Numbered from the stretch's first letter, positions 1 to 15,173 are shown. The stretch: DNA of 64,000 nucleotides from Eledone cirrhosa (GCA_964016885.1 CAXHJY010000720.1:23367-87366), one strand, 5' to 3'. The notes: generated from the letters alone by a model not told the origin. Translations and numbers: made by a program.

Positions 1-410
1 ATAAAAATAACACGAGAGAGAGTTACCTTGGGAGAGATTTAATTGTCCCTATATATTTCGGATTCACATCAATCAACTGGGGTTTTTTCCGGGGTGGGGG
101 AAAGGTTGTCTGTCGGAAAGGTGCGAAACGCGTCCTCCGCTGTTTGTTGTTTTGAGATTCTGAGGTATTCAGCAGAGCGCGCGTGCGCATGAAATGGGGT
201 CGGTCGGGCAGAGGTCAGCGGCCGAAGTAGTTCTTTCAATTGTGGGAGTGGGTGGCGCTAGCTGTCAGTCCATTCTCTGCCTGTTTGTTAAATGTTACTG
301 TGTGTGTGTATGTGCGTGTGTTGTTGTCTCGCTTGAGTGTGTGTGTGTGTGTGCGTGTGTTGTTGCCTTGTTCCTCTGTATTAGCAGGGTAGTATGTTCG
401 TGTAGTATTT

Positions 411-447
<37 letters not shown>

Positions 448-490
448 GTCACGCTTGTGTGTGCGTGTAGTTGTTGCATCGTTTGTTAAC

Positions 491-765
491 TTAAACCAAC
501 CACTTCATTTCGCTTCTCTCGGATCGATTGTTTATTTGCGGCTCTAGGCGTTTGATAAAGAGTGCTTCCTTGATACGTAACGTGCCGACGTTTCTTTCAG
601 TCGCTAGAATTATGACAATGAGCCTTCCGTCTTTGTTTCCGCATTTGTCTATGTGTTTCCGGAAAGACGAGGCCCTGGTTTTAGTGTGGTAGAGACGAGT
701 ACACATGTTGTTGAGGTGTATAACTTTGTCAATACTTTGATATGCCCAGTTCCTGGTTGGGTTGT
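491..765 (-). mobile_element. Penelope-like retroelement, C-terminal GIY-YIG endonuclease fragment (5'-truncated)
   Basis: Minus-strand ORF ends ...SSFRKHIDKC...ILATERNVGTLRIKEALFIKRLEPQINNRSERSEMKWLV*, matching the H/C..IL..E.....EALFI....P.IN pattern of Penelope/Poseidon GIY-YIG C-termini. The ORF 5' part (766-823) is only the inverted arm. Bases 1-490 are the probable 3' UTR/pseudo-LTR. Confidence 0.8.
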
Positions 766-847
766 TCCCAACCAGGAACTGGGCATATGAGAGTATTGAC
801 AAAGTTATACACCTCAACAACATGTGTACTCGTCTCTACCACACTAA
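681..847. repeat. Fold-back inverted repeat, 81-bp arms, 5-nt loop, at the truncation point of the Penelope fragment
   Basis: 681-761 is the reverse complement of 767-847 with 2 mismatches; loop TTGTT. Confidence 0.95.
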
Positions 848-852
848 TTCGG

Positions 853-907
853 ACTGCCTGAAGAGATCACAGCCAAAGATGGCTGTCACCGAAATATATA
901 TAGCAGT
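853..907 (+). ncRNA. Minimal type I hammerhead ribozyme
   Basis: Stem I ACTGC/GCAGT; core CTGAAGA (858-864); stem II G-C plus ACAGCC/GGCTGT; GAAA (891-894); palindromic stem III TATATA; UA cleavage site (901-902); AATAAA immediately downstream. Confidence 0.85.
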
Positions 908-948
908 AATAAACGAAGCCAAATTTTAAACATTTGACTTATTTATTT

Positions 949-1007
<59 letters not shown>

Positions 1008-1045
1008 GCGTGAATATATGAATGTATATTATGTGTTTGCATATA

Positions 1046-1121
1046 CAGGGTGTCCCCAAAACTGTATACACACTTCAACAACCTAATAAATCAGTGTGTT
1101 ACATCTTTTGGGGACACCCTG
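1046..1121. mobile_element. Tc1/mariner-type MITE
   Basis: TIRs CAGGGTGTCCCCAAAA / TTTTGGGGACACCCTG flanked by TA on both sides. Confidence 0.85.
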
Positions 1122-1415
1122 TACATATATGTAATGTGTGTATATGTATGTATATATGTGTGTGAGTGTGTCTGAGTGTATGTATTATATCATACAACAA
1201 AACAAGTATGTAGTAGAAATGTTGTTTAATCACCCTTTAACTTTTTTAACATTATCTGAAAGACAGAACAAAATATATTCTTAGCTTTCTCATAAAAAGA
1301 CAAATAGTTTCTTATAAACTAGAGAAGCATTTATCAAGATAAAACATCTGAATTCAGATATAAAAGGTACAATCTTCCAGACAATTTTTTATTTTAAGAA
1401 CGAATTACTGAAGCA

Positions 1416-1596
1416 TGATATGGTTTGGTTCGTAGTTGAATAGTTTACAGTATAAAAGTAAATGTTAGAACGAAGGCTCGCTTCTTTTCTTACAAATTAT
1501 AATAGGCAGTATGCTATGTTTGGTTCGCAGTCGAGCAGTTTATAGTATAAAAGTGAATGTAGGAACCAAGGTTCGCCTCTTTATCTCCAATATAAT
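1416..1596. repeat. Diverged direct duplication (~90 bp x2)
   Basis: ATG(A/C)TATG..TTTGGTTCG..GT.GA..AGTTTA.AGTATAAAAGT.AATGT occurs at 1416 and 1511. Confidence 0.8.
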
Positions 1597-2222
1597 CCTC
1601 CGGGGAAACGCCTTCTCCATTCTGTCCGCCGGGACTGTGGGGAGGCCAGCACGTTGGACCCCATTTGCTCACCTTACAGCGAGATGGGGAGGGCGAAAGA
1701 TATAATAGAACCCCACTGATGATGTTGCAGATGTGCGACGAAAGAACTTTATATTTAATAAAAGTTTTTTACGGTTTATGCTTTAGATATATTCTTATGG
1801 AAAACTTTAAACATTAAGACGTTATAGTAAACAAACTTATATTTTAACAGTCACAACTGTATAACAGGTGGATTTATAAAATATATAAAATTTATAAAAT
1901 TATAACTTACTATAAAATAATATAAGGTTCTCTTATAATCTTAACTTTTTTTATTATCTTAGCTCTAAGGATTAAATGTTATAAAGGTTATCTAAATTAC
2001 AAATAAATCAATTAAATTCCCTCACGCTGTATTGCTATTACTAAGAAGAGATTTTTCTTCGGTAAAATCTCTGAACATTCCTATATATTAAACATATATT
2101 TTAAACATAAAATTTTTTAATTTTTTATTATTTCTTATCATTTTTATTGTTAATTAATTGAACAATTAATAATTAATTGTTGGTTGATGATTAATAATAA
2201 ATTTATATAAGGTTATGTAATA

Positions 2223-2328
2223 ATTGTTTCTACTTTTGGCACAAGGCCAGCAATTATCCAGTGCATTACTGGTACTTTATTCTATCGACCCCGGAAGGAT
2301 GAAAGGCAAAGTTAACCTCGGCGGGATT
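2223..2328 (-). mobile_element. 5'-truncated copy of the dominant tRNA-derived SINE with TSD
   Basis: Matches the 3' half of the SINE at 6640; flanked by TTATGTAATAAT on both sides. Confidence 0.85.
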
Positions 2329-2506
2329 ATGTAATAATAACATATATTTTAATTATATTTCTGATAGTATATATATATATGTATGTATATATATATTCTT
2401 TTAATAATATATAGATCTTAGTTCTTAATTTTTAATTTATAGATCTCAATAATTTAATTGATAAATTAAACATTTAATCAAATTATATAATACACAGACA
2501 TGTATT

Positions 2507-2547
<41 letters not shown>

Positions 2548-2571
2548 TATATAATACATATATATCTATAT

Positions 2572-2920
2572 ATAAATTAATAAAAATAATGAATAAAAAC
2601 AAAAACAGTTCCTTATATTAAATTCATCATTTTACGATCGTTTCTAGGATATATATGTGTGTGTTGGTATGTATATCATATATATCTATGTAAACATTTT
2701 ACAAACTATCAGAGGGATTATACATACCTACACATATATATGCTGTCTTCCTGAAGACAGCATATATAATCCCTCTGATAGTTTGTAAAATCTTTACATA
2801 GATATATATGATATACATACCAACACACACATATATATCCTAGAAACGATCGTAAAATGATGAATTTGTTAATATAAGGAACTGTTTCTTTGTTTTTATT
2901 CATTATTTTTATTAATTTAT
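2572..2920. repeat. Fold-back inverted repeat, ~170-bp arms, centred at 2751-2752, containing a decayed hammerhead-like motif
   Basis: Arms are near-perfect reverse complements (short insertion in left arm); centre GCTGTCTTC-CT-GAAGACAGC; right arm has CTGAAGA (2751) ... GAAA-CGATCG-TA (2843-2854). Confidence 0.9.
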
Positions 2921-3714
2921 CTTGACTCTGTTTTCCTGTGTTTTTCATCGAAAAAATTTTGAATACATCTTCTCTTTTCATGATATTTGGATTACATTGA
3001 GTTTTTCATATGGATTGGACAATACCGTATATTTTGGTAGATTTATCTACATATCTACATATATGTATATACTGTTAAGGCTTTCTCTTTAATGTCTTAT
3101 TATGATTATAACATATATTAGTAAATTCATTGAAAAATATTAAATCTTAAAATTTATATTATAGGAAAAGTTTTATTAATCTACAAAACATATCAGATAA
3201 ATATTATTTCAAATAAACATTAAATCTAATTGCTGATATCGCTTTTGAAATCAAAACTATATATAACATTGAAAATATATAGTACTGAAAATAATATAAT
3301 AAAACTACGATATATTTTTATTGAATTTTAAATGGATCATGATTAAAATCACGAAAAGATAAATTATATTTTATTCACATAAGCACATCTAAGAAAACGG
3401 GAATATAAATAATATAAATAATTCTAATTCTGAATAAATGTGAAGTGTGTGTGTGTGTGTGTGTGTGTGTACACACACACATACACTTATACGCTTACTA
3501 ATATATACATATGGTTCAAAAGGGAAGAAATAGCTTTATTGAAATTAACACATCATCCTAATATGATTGAGTATAGTAATATCGATTAGCTTGCACGTAA
3601 TATCGATTAGCTTGCACGTGATATCGATTAGCTAACAAGTCACAATATACAGTTATACATGCCTTTCCATCTGTCTCTCTAGTCATGCACGATTGGACAC
3701 ATACCCACACGTGA

Positions 3715-5160
<1,446 letters not shown>

Positions 5161-5170
5161 AAAAAAAAAA

Positions 5171-5626
5171 AAGGGCAAAGGAGCTCTTAAGAGTCAATGG
5201 CCATCCAAAATCACCGGGAGAGATGACCCCTTAGCCTTTGTCAAGGCAGAATTCTGGGAGAAGGAAAACTCTGATATAACACCTGCAACCCTGATGGTAT
5301 CCAATGATGTTGACTTGTTCTTCTTTTTGGTAAATATCATCTTGGTTAAGAGAGTGGGACTGGCTTTGTGCAGTGCCTTTGCTCACTATAAAAGCTTCAC
5401 GGCGCAGGCATTGCTTTATATCTGGAGATCTCTCTGCACTTGTCGTCACATGGTACCATGGGCCCAGCACTATGTGTCAATAATTGTCACAGGTGTAGTG
5501 TTTGTACCAGAGTTTTCAAGTCGCTGGCTGGACTAAAAAGTCACACTCGTTCAGCGCATCGGTAGGGGTTCTCCTACATGGATATAAAGTAGTGGCCGTA
5601 CTCGAAAACGAGTTGGCAGCCACCAT
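5171..5626 (+). mobile_element. RTE-derived non-autonomous retroelement, 5'-truncated copy
   Basis: Nearly identical to 29975-30430; encodes C-terminal C2H2 motif [23 protein letters not shown]; ends in a microsatellite tail. Confidence 0.75.
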
Positions 5627-5974
5627 GTGTATGTATATATATATGTATGTGTATGTATATATATATGTATGTGTATGTATATATATATGTATGTGTATGT
5701 ATATATATATGTATGTGTATGTATATATATATGTATGTGTATGTATATATATATGTATGTGTATGTATATATATATGTATGTGTATGTATATATATATGT
5801 ATGTGTATGTATATATATATGTATGTGGATATATGTGTATATATGTATGTGGATATATGTGTATATATGTATGTGGATATATGTGTATATATGTATGTGG
5901 ATATATGTGTATATATGTATGTGGATATATATGTATATATATGTGGATATATGTGTATATATATGTGTATATGC

Positions 5975-6010
<36 letters not shown>

Positions 6011-6166
6011 ATATATATGTGTATATATATATATACATCTTTTTCCATTCCATAGAAGGTTTTTTAACACCATTATCAGACTAAAATGTCTTTAGTCAAA
6101 AATACAGCGGAAGCTTCTATTTCTAATTTCAAACTCGCTCGCAGTTTCAAAAACATACTGGTCATA

Positions 6167-6217
<51 letters not shown>

Positions 6218-6639
6218 CTGTATATGTGTCTGTATATGTGTGTGTGCCTCTCGGTATATATATGCAAAAGTGAAACAAATAACAAAGCAAACATATTAGT
6301 TTTATGGTTGATATAGTAGGAAAAATGTCTTACATGATATTTATTAGGCTAAGCGGAGGTAATTAGTACGTCCATAAATTCGGTCCTAGAGGGGGGCATA
6401 GCACTGTGTAAGTTAAAGGAAATTACCCTGGTATGATTTAATACTGGGGGCTAACTTATTTTCATGGAATACAGTTAAGGTAGAAGACTACATAGAAGGA
6501 AAAAGCTCAATCTAGTCTCGACAACTTAAAAAAAAAAAATCTTGTTTCATGTAATCAGCGGTTGAAGACTTCCAAACAAGTATTTATACGTGCTTCAACT
6601 CATGCACACACACAAACTTACATTAAATTTTACTTGTAG

Positions 6640-6828
6640 GGCGGTGAATTGGCAGTATCGGTAGTGGGTCGGACGCCATGCTTTGACGTATAGAGTTACG
6701 GCCCTTGCCATTCTGAGTTCAAATCCCGACAAGGTTAACTTTGCCTTTCATCCTTACGGGGTAGATAAAATAAAGTACCAGTAATGCACTGGGTAATTGC
6801 TGGCCTTGTGCCTAACGTAGAAACAATT
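6640..6828 (+). mobile_element. Full-length tRNA-derived SINE (dominant family) with TSD
   Basis: A-box-like TGGCAGTATCGG, B-box GAGTTCAAATCC, body TTTGCCTTTCATCCTTACGGGG..GATAAAATAAAGTACCAGT; TSD ATTAAATTTTACTTGTAG on both sides. Confidence 0.92.
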
Positions 6829-7674
6829 AAATTTTACTTGTAGGAAAATAATATTCAAAACAAAAAGGGAGAACATTTGGCGCGAAGATTCCTTTTTTGT
6901 TCGTTCAACAATCGCTGTAAGTCAATTTTAGATTAAATCCTTAAAAATCTGGTTATAAGTTTATTATAGAAGGAGAAACAAAGCTGACATTTTTATGTAT
7001 TGGATTTATTTCCAGTAATAAAATATTCATGAGTGATAAGCCTTGAATTAATCCTTTGGAATGTGTTAGCCTCAATATGTTTGATTTACTGAATATAAAC
7101 ATATTTAATACCTGAGTATTTAGATAAATATAGTCATATATTGCCACTGGTATCGTGTTTTATTCGTTATATTTCGTTGGAGAAATGCACCAACAATCAC
7201 ATTTTCTTCTTGATAAAAATAGATACAACTTTATGGAGACCATATATATAGATGTGTTGAAGCATACCATAAACACGTTTGTCATTAATGGAAAATGTAC
7301 ACGATTAAGAAAAAGCTTATAATGTTCTTCAGTAGAATCCAATCATAAAATATTTAGGTAAACAATGTCGGTGCTCTTAATAATAATCTCTTGAATTAGT
7401 AAAATGTGTTGATGATGAGAAAATGCTACTCGAAATGACTGCCATAACAATGTTTACAGAGGCTATTTCTTAGAAAGTGGGTATCAACATGTGATGATTA
7501 TTATTATTATTATTAAGTTTAGTCATTTCAATCATTTCAATTATAAAAGGAATCATAGGTACTTTCTGTAAGAGTGAAATGTTTATTTTTTAAATTTAAT
7601 TTCAAATGTCGGGGCAGTCCCGAATTTGATGCCATTAGGAAGGAAAGCTTCATTATGGTTTCCCCCAAATTATG

Positions 7675-8035
7675 GATATATCATTGTACGTAAAAGGAGA
7701 GTAAGATTTACTGGCCACTGCCATCGTGCCACCTCTGAGGCTTTGTCCCCATTAGTGCTTTGGAAACCACAAGCAATCACTAATAACAGGGGGCGCAAGC
7801 TTTCCTATCCCGATTTGCTGGCCACTGCCATCGTGCCACCTCTGAGGCTGTGTCTCCGTTAATACTTTGGAAACCACAAGCGGTCCCTAATAACAGGGGA
7901 CACACTCTCCTAACCCGATGTCATCTCCAGAGATTCTGGTATTGAAATCCAGGACTTGGCAACGGCAATGAACGACAGACCCACGTGGAGATCAATTGTT
8001 GAGTCCATTTCGGCTGAGGCCGCCGGATGATGGAT
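7675..8035 (+). mobile_element. RTE-like LINE 3' end fragment with internal ~105-bp duplication
   Basis: Translates as RKRRVRFTGHCHR...LVLWKP...RGRKLSYPD and PDVISRDSG...LATAMNDRPTWRSIV, typical ORF2 C-terminal motifs; GGCCACTGCCATCGTGCCACCTCTGAGGCT is repeated. Confidence 0.8.
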
Positions 8036-8141
8036 ATATAGATAGGATATGCGGTTATGGAAGTCGTTTTGCAACCAAGTGTTTCATGATTCGCAATTAG
8101 CCTACAGCGAAATTCCATAAACATTTGTACCTACATATATA

Positions 8142-8507
8142 GTGAAGGCGCGTGGTTTAGTGGTAAGGGTATTGGACTTTACTATCATAATATCGTGGGT
8201 TCGATTCCTGAGCACGTTGTTCCAGTATATTTAGCTGAAAATAAATACCAGTTATAGCTGGAGGCTAACCTTGTGATAGACTGGCGTCCTATCCAGGGGA
8301 GATTCTTGTACTCTCAGTCGCTTCACGCCATGAAACCAGGATAAGCCCTGTCCTAACGAGCCTTAAATGGCTTAGGACAGACTTTAACACTGCGATGGAC
8401 TAGCGTCCTGTCCAGGGGATGTCTTGTACTCTCAGTCGTTTCACGCCATGCATGAAACCGGGATAAGCACCGGTGTAGCGACCTTTTTGGCTTAAGACAG
8501 ACTTTAG
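8142..8507 (+). mobile_element. Second tRNA-derived SINE family with conserved central domain; 3' half tandemly duplicated
   Basis: A box TGGTTTAGTGG, B box GGTTCGATTCC; GCGATGGACTAGCGTCCTGTCCAGGGG..TACTCTCAGTCG motif present twice (Meta/V-SINE-like by recollection). Confidence 0.75.
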
Positions 8508-8512
8508 CAAAA

Positions 8513-8781
8513 CCTTGGGTAAGGGTCCTTGGGTAAGAGTCCTTGGGTAAGAGTCCTTGGGTAAGAGTCCTTGGGTAAGAGTCCTTGGGTAAGAGTCCTT
8601 GGGTAAGAGTCCTTGGGTAAGAGTCCTTGGGTAAGAGTCCTTGGGTAAGAGTCCTTGGGTAAGAGTCCTTGGGTAAGAGTCCTTGGGTAAGAGTCCTTGG
8701 GTAAGGGTCCTTGGGTAAGGGTCCTTGGGTAAGGGCCTTTGGGTAAGGGCCCTTGGGCAAGGGCCCTTGGGTAAGAGTCTT
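8513..8781. repeat. 14-bp minisatellite (CCTTGGGTAAGAGT)n, ~19 copies
   Basis: Directly visible tandem array with variant edge units. Confidence 0.97.
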
Positions 8782-10104
8782 TAAACGTAACCTTTAATGG
8801 ACCAACGACTTATGGGTTTGAATCGATGATTTGATGATGATAGAATAGAGGACATCATCTTAGTTTTGACTTCTCTGTGTGAGATGTAAAAAGTTCCAAT
8901 GTAGATCTGCCGCCATTATTGTATTTCTACATAGGAGATATTGTCAATTTATTTTACATAAAAATACATCCCTTTTCTCCTGAGAACGCCATAGCAATCA
9001 CAAAAGGATAACCCTTGTCATATTGTTGTGTAACCTTCTATATATGAAGAAATATATGGCCGATTCTTCCTTTCATCTCGTTCTCTCTCATCTCGTTCTC
9101 TCTCATCTCGTTCTCTCTCATCTCGTTCTCTCTCTCATGTCGTTCTCTCTCCCCTCTCTCATCTATTTCTCTTCCTCTCTCATTCCCCCCCTTATCCCCC
9201 TCTCTCATCCCCCAATTTCTCTCCCTCTCTCATCCCCCAATTTCTCTCCCTCTCCTCCGAATCTTTCTCTCCTCCCTTTTATCTTCTCAATAATCGTGAG
9301 TCAATGAATGGAAATACATTCACATCTTATTCCACCATTTTTCAACTCTCTATAACTTCCAGTAATCGGTCAACGAAACCCATTTCCTTATTTCTATTCC
9401 TTTCTATTCATAATTGTGAAGCAAAATTTACCCCATGTCATCTTCAATCGATATCAGATATAGGTAATTGTCTTTCATTCTCTTTCATACTTTAAATATT
9501 TCTATATTCCAGATAATGATAATTTAATGATAGGTTGATGGTATCTATTAACCACGTAACATTCAATTTTATCATTTTATCATGTTATTCATAAATGCTT
9601 TCTAACTGTTGATATATTACACTATGTAAATATGTATGCAGATGTATAAACACAGAGACAGGTACAGAAACATACATACAGATCTCTCTCTCTCTCTATT
9701 GCTACATTTGGGGAGGGTCATATTTTTATAATATTGCCAGAAATAATAATAAAGCACACTCACTGTTTGGTATGGATTGGTTTTCGCTTTTGTATCTTTT
9801 ATATCTCTATAGTTAATTTATATGGCAAACAATGTTTCTCATTGATTGACCAAAGATTGAAAATATAGATATATATAGACGATCAAAGTTTTTTCATCAC
9901 ACACCTGTGACATCAGCAGTAGTACTATTGTTTCCTCCCACTGCATTGTAATGTATATGCTATTGTAATGGCATAGAGATTAAAATAAAACGGGGTGGTA
10001 AAATCTAGGTAGACTAATAACCCACCAGGGTACTCGATACTTGGGATAGTAGAGTGGGTAATATGAACAGATTTTCATATATAATGATATATATATATAT
10101 ATAT

Positions 10105-10360
10105 CATCTTGACCGACCAGTCTGTCGGGCGCCAATTGGCGCCGCTGGTCACAGCACGTCGTGCTGTTTTAGCCATAAGATAACGCCATCCCACTGGCTG
10201 GCAGGGTGGGCTGGTACTCATTTATACAGCAGAGTAAACTGGAGCAACGTGAAATAAAGTGTCTTGCTCAAGGAAACAACACATCACCCGGTCCGAGAAT
10301 TAAACCCGCAACCTTTCGATTCCAAGGCCAATGCTTTAACCACGAAGCCATGCGCCTTCT
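10105..10360 (-). mobile_element. tRNA-derived SINE related to the 8142 family
   Basis: Reverse complement begins GAAGGCGCATGGCTTCGTGGTTAAAG, followed by CCTTGAGCAAGACACTTTATTTCAC body. Confidence 0.8.
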
Positions 10361-10365
10361 TACGC

Positions 10366-10432
<67 letters not shown>

Positions 10433-10789
10433 CACAACACACTAACTACACAATCGGTACAATATATGGAAGGAATATATTAGTTTAACGCTTGAAATAG
10501 CAGGAAGAGGGTCTTAACGTTTCGGACGCTACGCATGCAACTGCCTCCCCGAGATCATTTCCGAATATTTAGACACTGTCCTCGTCCCGTTAGTCGACAA
10601 TCTCCCCTCCCATATCCACGATACCAATCATGTCCTTAGACTCTTCATAAAATTATAACTGAATTCGAAACTGAGACCAGGAGATAACTAATATCTAAGA
10701 GTTCAGATATCATAATAACGTGATTTGTAGCGAAGGAGCCATTAGATATTGTTCTAAGATAAATATCTAGATATCTTTGAACAATACTT

Positions 10790-11338
10790 AATTGTTTCTA
10801 ATTTTGGCACAAGGCCTGCAATTACTCAGTACATTACTGGTACTTTATTTTATCGACCCCCATAAGGATGAAAGGCAAAGTAAACCTCGGCGGGATTTGA
10901 ACTCAGAATGGCAAGGGCCGTAACTCTATGCGTCAAAGCATGGCGTCCGACCCTCTACCGATACTGCCACTAATAATAATGGTTTCTTATATAGGCACAA
11001 GGCCAGTAATTTGGGGGGTGGGGGGAGGGGAAAGCCGATTAAATCGACCCCAGTGCGTGACTGGTACTTTATTTTATCGTCCCCGTAAGGATGAAAGGCA
11101 AAGTTAAGCTCGGCGGGATTTGAATTCAGAATGGAAAGGGCCGTAACTCTATGCGTCAATGCATGGCACCCGGTAGAGGGTTGGACGGCATGCTTTGACG
11201 CATAGTTATCTCCCTTTATGGTCTGAGTTCAAATCCCGCCGAGGTTAACTTTGCTTTCATCATTACAGGGTCGATAAAATAAAGTACCAGTAATGTACTG
11301 GGTATTTGCTGGCCTTGTGCCAAAAGTAGAAACAATTA
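10790..11338. mobile_element. Cluster of three dominant-family SINE copies (two minus, one plus) inside an inverted duplication
   Basis: Minus copies ~10790-10970 and ~10980-11170, plus copy ~11171-11338. Confidence 0.9.
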
Positions 11339-12048
11339 AGTATTGTGCAAAGATATCTAGATATTTATAAATGAATCAGTGTACAACATTTATCGCTCAC
11401 TCGATACAGGACATATGTGCAAGACAAAGCGAAGAAAATGGTCGAAGATTCCCAACTAGATAATATACAATAGAATAAAATACTTGGAGACTGATATTTT
11501 ATTATGTGTTTTATGGAACCTACAAACAGATATTGATCCGGATATATCTCTAGGGACCAATAAATGTCTAGAAAATTAAATTATCATTGCGTTCCAAACT
11601 CTTATACCAAACCTGATGATGTCAAACTATTTTGGTGATGATGGTGGTGATGACAGTGGTGTTGGTGGTGGGACCTTATTTACACTTATATTTAACTTCG
11701 GCCCACAAGCAAATTTTGAATAATATTCAATGAAATCAATTCAACAATGTAATAATAATAATAGTAATAATAGTAATAATAAAATAGAGAAAAAAGTGAA
11801 ATGAAAACAATATGGCAGATTTGTTGATTATGGAGATGAAAGAAAGTGAGAAATATATTAGAAAATATATTTTTCTTATATGAAAAAATTGTCCATTAAA
11901 TTCTTTTTCCAAAACTTCAAAAACCAGTTATAAACATAAAAGAAAATGTGTATGTGTATAGCTCTGGATGTAAAGAGTGTGTATATAACAGTTCTGTTGT
12001 CTGTGTGTTTGTGTGTAGTGTGTGGTGGTAAAGTGTGTGTATCTAATA

Positions 12049-12083
<35 letters not shown>

Positions 12084-12152
12084 TATATATATATATATGT
12101 GTGTGTGTGTATATATATAGTTCTCTTGTCTGTGTGTTTGTGTGTGGAAGTA

Positions 12153-12191
<39 letters not shown>

Positions 12192-12527
12192 CGGTTGTGT
12201 GTATGCTTGTATAGTTGTGTGTATAGTTCTTTTGTCTATGTGCTTGTGTAGTTGTCGTTTGTATGTGATTTATTATGAAAAATAGTATTATACCTAAAGA
12301 AGAGTGAATTAAACTTTTCATATGGAAGTCTGAAACGCAGTGACGACTGTAAAGTAAGTTCTCTGTCTACTAAAATAACAGATATTTCACTAGTTCTACG
12401 CAACTGATGAGGATTTAAAAAGTTAATCGAATGAAACTAAAAAATAAAATAAGGAAAAATATAATATATAATACATATATATATATTATGTATATATATA
12501 TGTGTGTGTGTATATATATATATATAT

Positions 12528-12716
12528 GGCGGTGGATTGGCAGTATCGGTAGATGGACGGACGCCATGCTTTGCAGCAGAGTTACGCCCCTTTATGGACT
12601 GAGTTCAAATCCCGCCGAGGTTAACTTTGCCTTTCATCCTTACGAGGTCGATAAAATAAAAGTACCAGTAATGCACTGGCTATTTGCTGGCCTTGTGCCA
12701 AAAACAAGAAACAATT
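12528..12716 (+). mobile_element. Full-length dominant SINE
   Basis: Same sequence as the 6640 copy. Confidence 0.9.
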
Positions 12717-12792
12717 ATATTTTATATTATATATATTATATATTATACACATATATTATATGTATATATATTATTTATACATATATATATAC

Positions 12793-12823
<31 letters not shown>

Positions 12824-12989
12824 CATATATGTCATATATTTTATATCATATATATATATATTATACACATATATATATTTAATTATTTTTATGTGTGTGT
12901 GTGTGTATATATATATATAAATATACTATATATATATACTTTATAAATATATACTTTATATATATATACACTTTATATATATAGTATAT

Positions 12990-13256
12990 ATATATATACT
13001 TTATATATATAAAGCATATATATATATATAAAGCATATATATATATATATAAAGCATATATATATATATATATAAAGCATATATATATATATATATAAAG
13101 CATATATATATATATATATATATAAAGCATATATATATATATATATAAAGCATATATATATATATATAAAGCATATATATATATATATATAAAGCATATA
13201 TATATATATATAAAGCATATATATATATATATATAAAGCATATATATATATATAAA

Positions 13257-13297
<41 letters not shown>

Positions 13298-13960
13298 AAG
13301 CATATATATATATATATATAAAGCATATATATATATTTATATAAAGCATAAATATATATATATATATATAAAGCATATATATATATATAAAGCATATATA
13401 TATATTTATATAAAGCATATATATATATAAAGCATATATATATATAAAGCATATATATATATTTATATAAAGCATATATATATATTTATATAAAGCATAT
13501 ATATATATATATATAAAGCATATATATATATATATATAAAGCATATATATATATATATATATATAAAGCATATATATATATATATATAAAGCATATATAT
13601 ATATATAAAGCATATATATATATATATATATAAAGCATATATATATATATATATATAAAGCATATATATATATATATATATAAAGCATATATATATATAT
13701 ATATAAAGCATATATATATATATATATATAAAGCATATATATATATATATATAAAGCATATATATATATATATATAAAGCATATATATATATATAAAGCA
13801 TATATATATATATATATATAAAGCATATATATATATATATATATATAAAGCATATATATATATATAAAGCATATATATATATATATATATAAAGCATATA
13901 TATATATATATAAAGCATATATATATATATATATAAAGCATATATATATATATATATAAA

Positions 13961-14008
<48 letters not shown>

Positions 14009-14545
14009 CATATATATAAATATATAAAGCATATATATAAATATATAAAGCATATATATAAATATATAAAGCATATATATAAATATATAAAGCATATATA
14101 TAAATATATAAAGCATATATATAAATATATAAAGCATATATATAAATATATAAAGCATATATATAAATATATAAAGCATATATATAAAGCATATATATAA
14201 ATATATAAAGCATATATATAAATATATAAAGCATATATATAAATATATAAAGCATATATATAAATATATAAAGCATATATATAAATATATAAAGCATATA
14301 TATAAATATATAAAGCATATATATAAATATATAAAGCATATATATAAATATATAAAGCATATATATAAATATATAAAGCATATATATAAATATATAAAGC
14401 ATATATATAAATATATAAAGCATATATATAAATATATAAAGCATATATATAAATATATAAAGCATATATATAAATATATAAAGCATATATATAAATATAT
14501 AAAGCATATATATAAATATATAAAGCATATATATAAATATATAAA

Positions 14546-14592
<47 letters not shown>

Positions 14593-14817
14593 GTGTATTT
14601 ATATATATATATATATATATAAAGTGTGTATTTATATATATATATATATATAAAGTGTGTATTTATATATATATATATATATAAAGTGTGTATTTATATA
14701 TATATATAAAGTGTATATATATTATATATATATATATATATAAAGTGTATATATATTATATATATATATATATATAAAGTGTATATATATTATATATATA
14801 TATATATATAAAGTGTA

Positions 14818-14848
<31 letters not shown>

Positions 14849-14855
14849 AAGTGTA

Positions 14856-14886
<31 letters not shown>

Positions 14887-14929
14887 AAGTGTATATATAT
14901 TATATATATATATATATATATAAAGTGTA

Positions 14930-14972
<43 letters not shown>

Positions 14973-14975
14973 GTA

Positions 14976-15006
<31 letters not shown>

Positions 15007-15013
15007 AAGTGTA

Positions 15014-15056
<43 letters not shown>

Positions 15057-15059
15057 GTA

Positions 15060-15090
<31 letters not shown>

Positions 15091-15097
15091 AAGTGTA

Positions 15098-15128
<31 letters not shown>

Positions 15129-15135
15129 AAGTGTA

Positions 15136-15166
<31 letters not shown>

Positions 15167-15173
15167 AAGTGTA

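Noticed and set aside
1716-1765. CTGATGA-TGTTGCA GATG TGCGAC-GAAA hammerhead-like motif
   Set aside because: Stem II is good but stem I does not pair and stem III is not palindromic; at best decayed, so not called as a ribozyme.
6640-6740. tRNA genes suggested by A/B boxes
   Set aside because: These are SINE heads; no cloverleaf can be formed, and they continue into SINE bodies with TSDs.
6953-7342. Two in-frame minus-strand ORFs separated by one stop
   Set aside because: AT-rich composition explains them; no recognisable motif.
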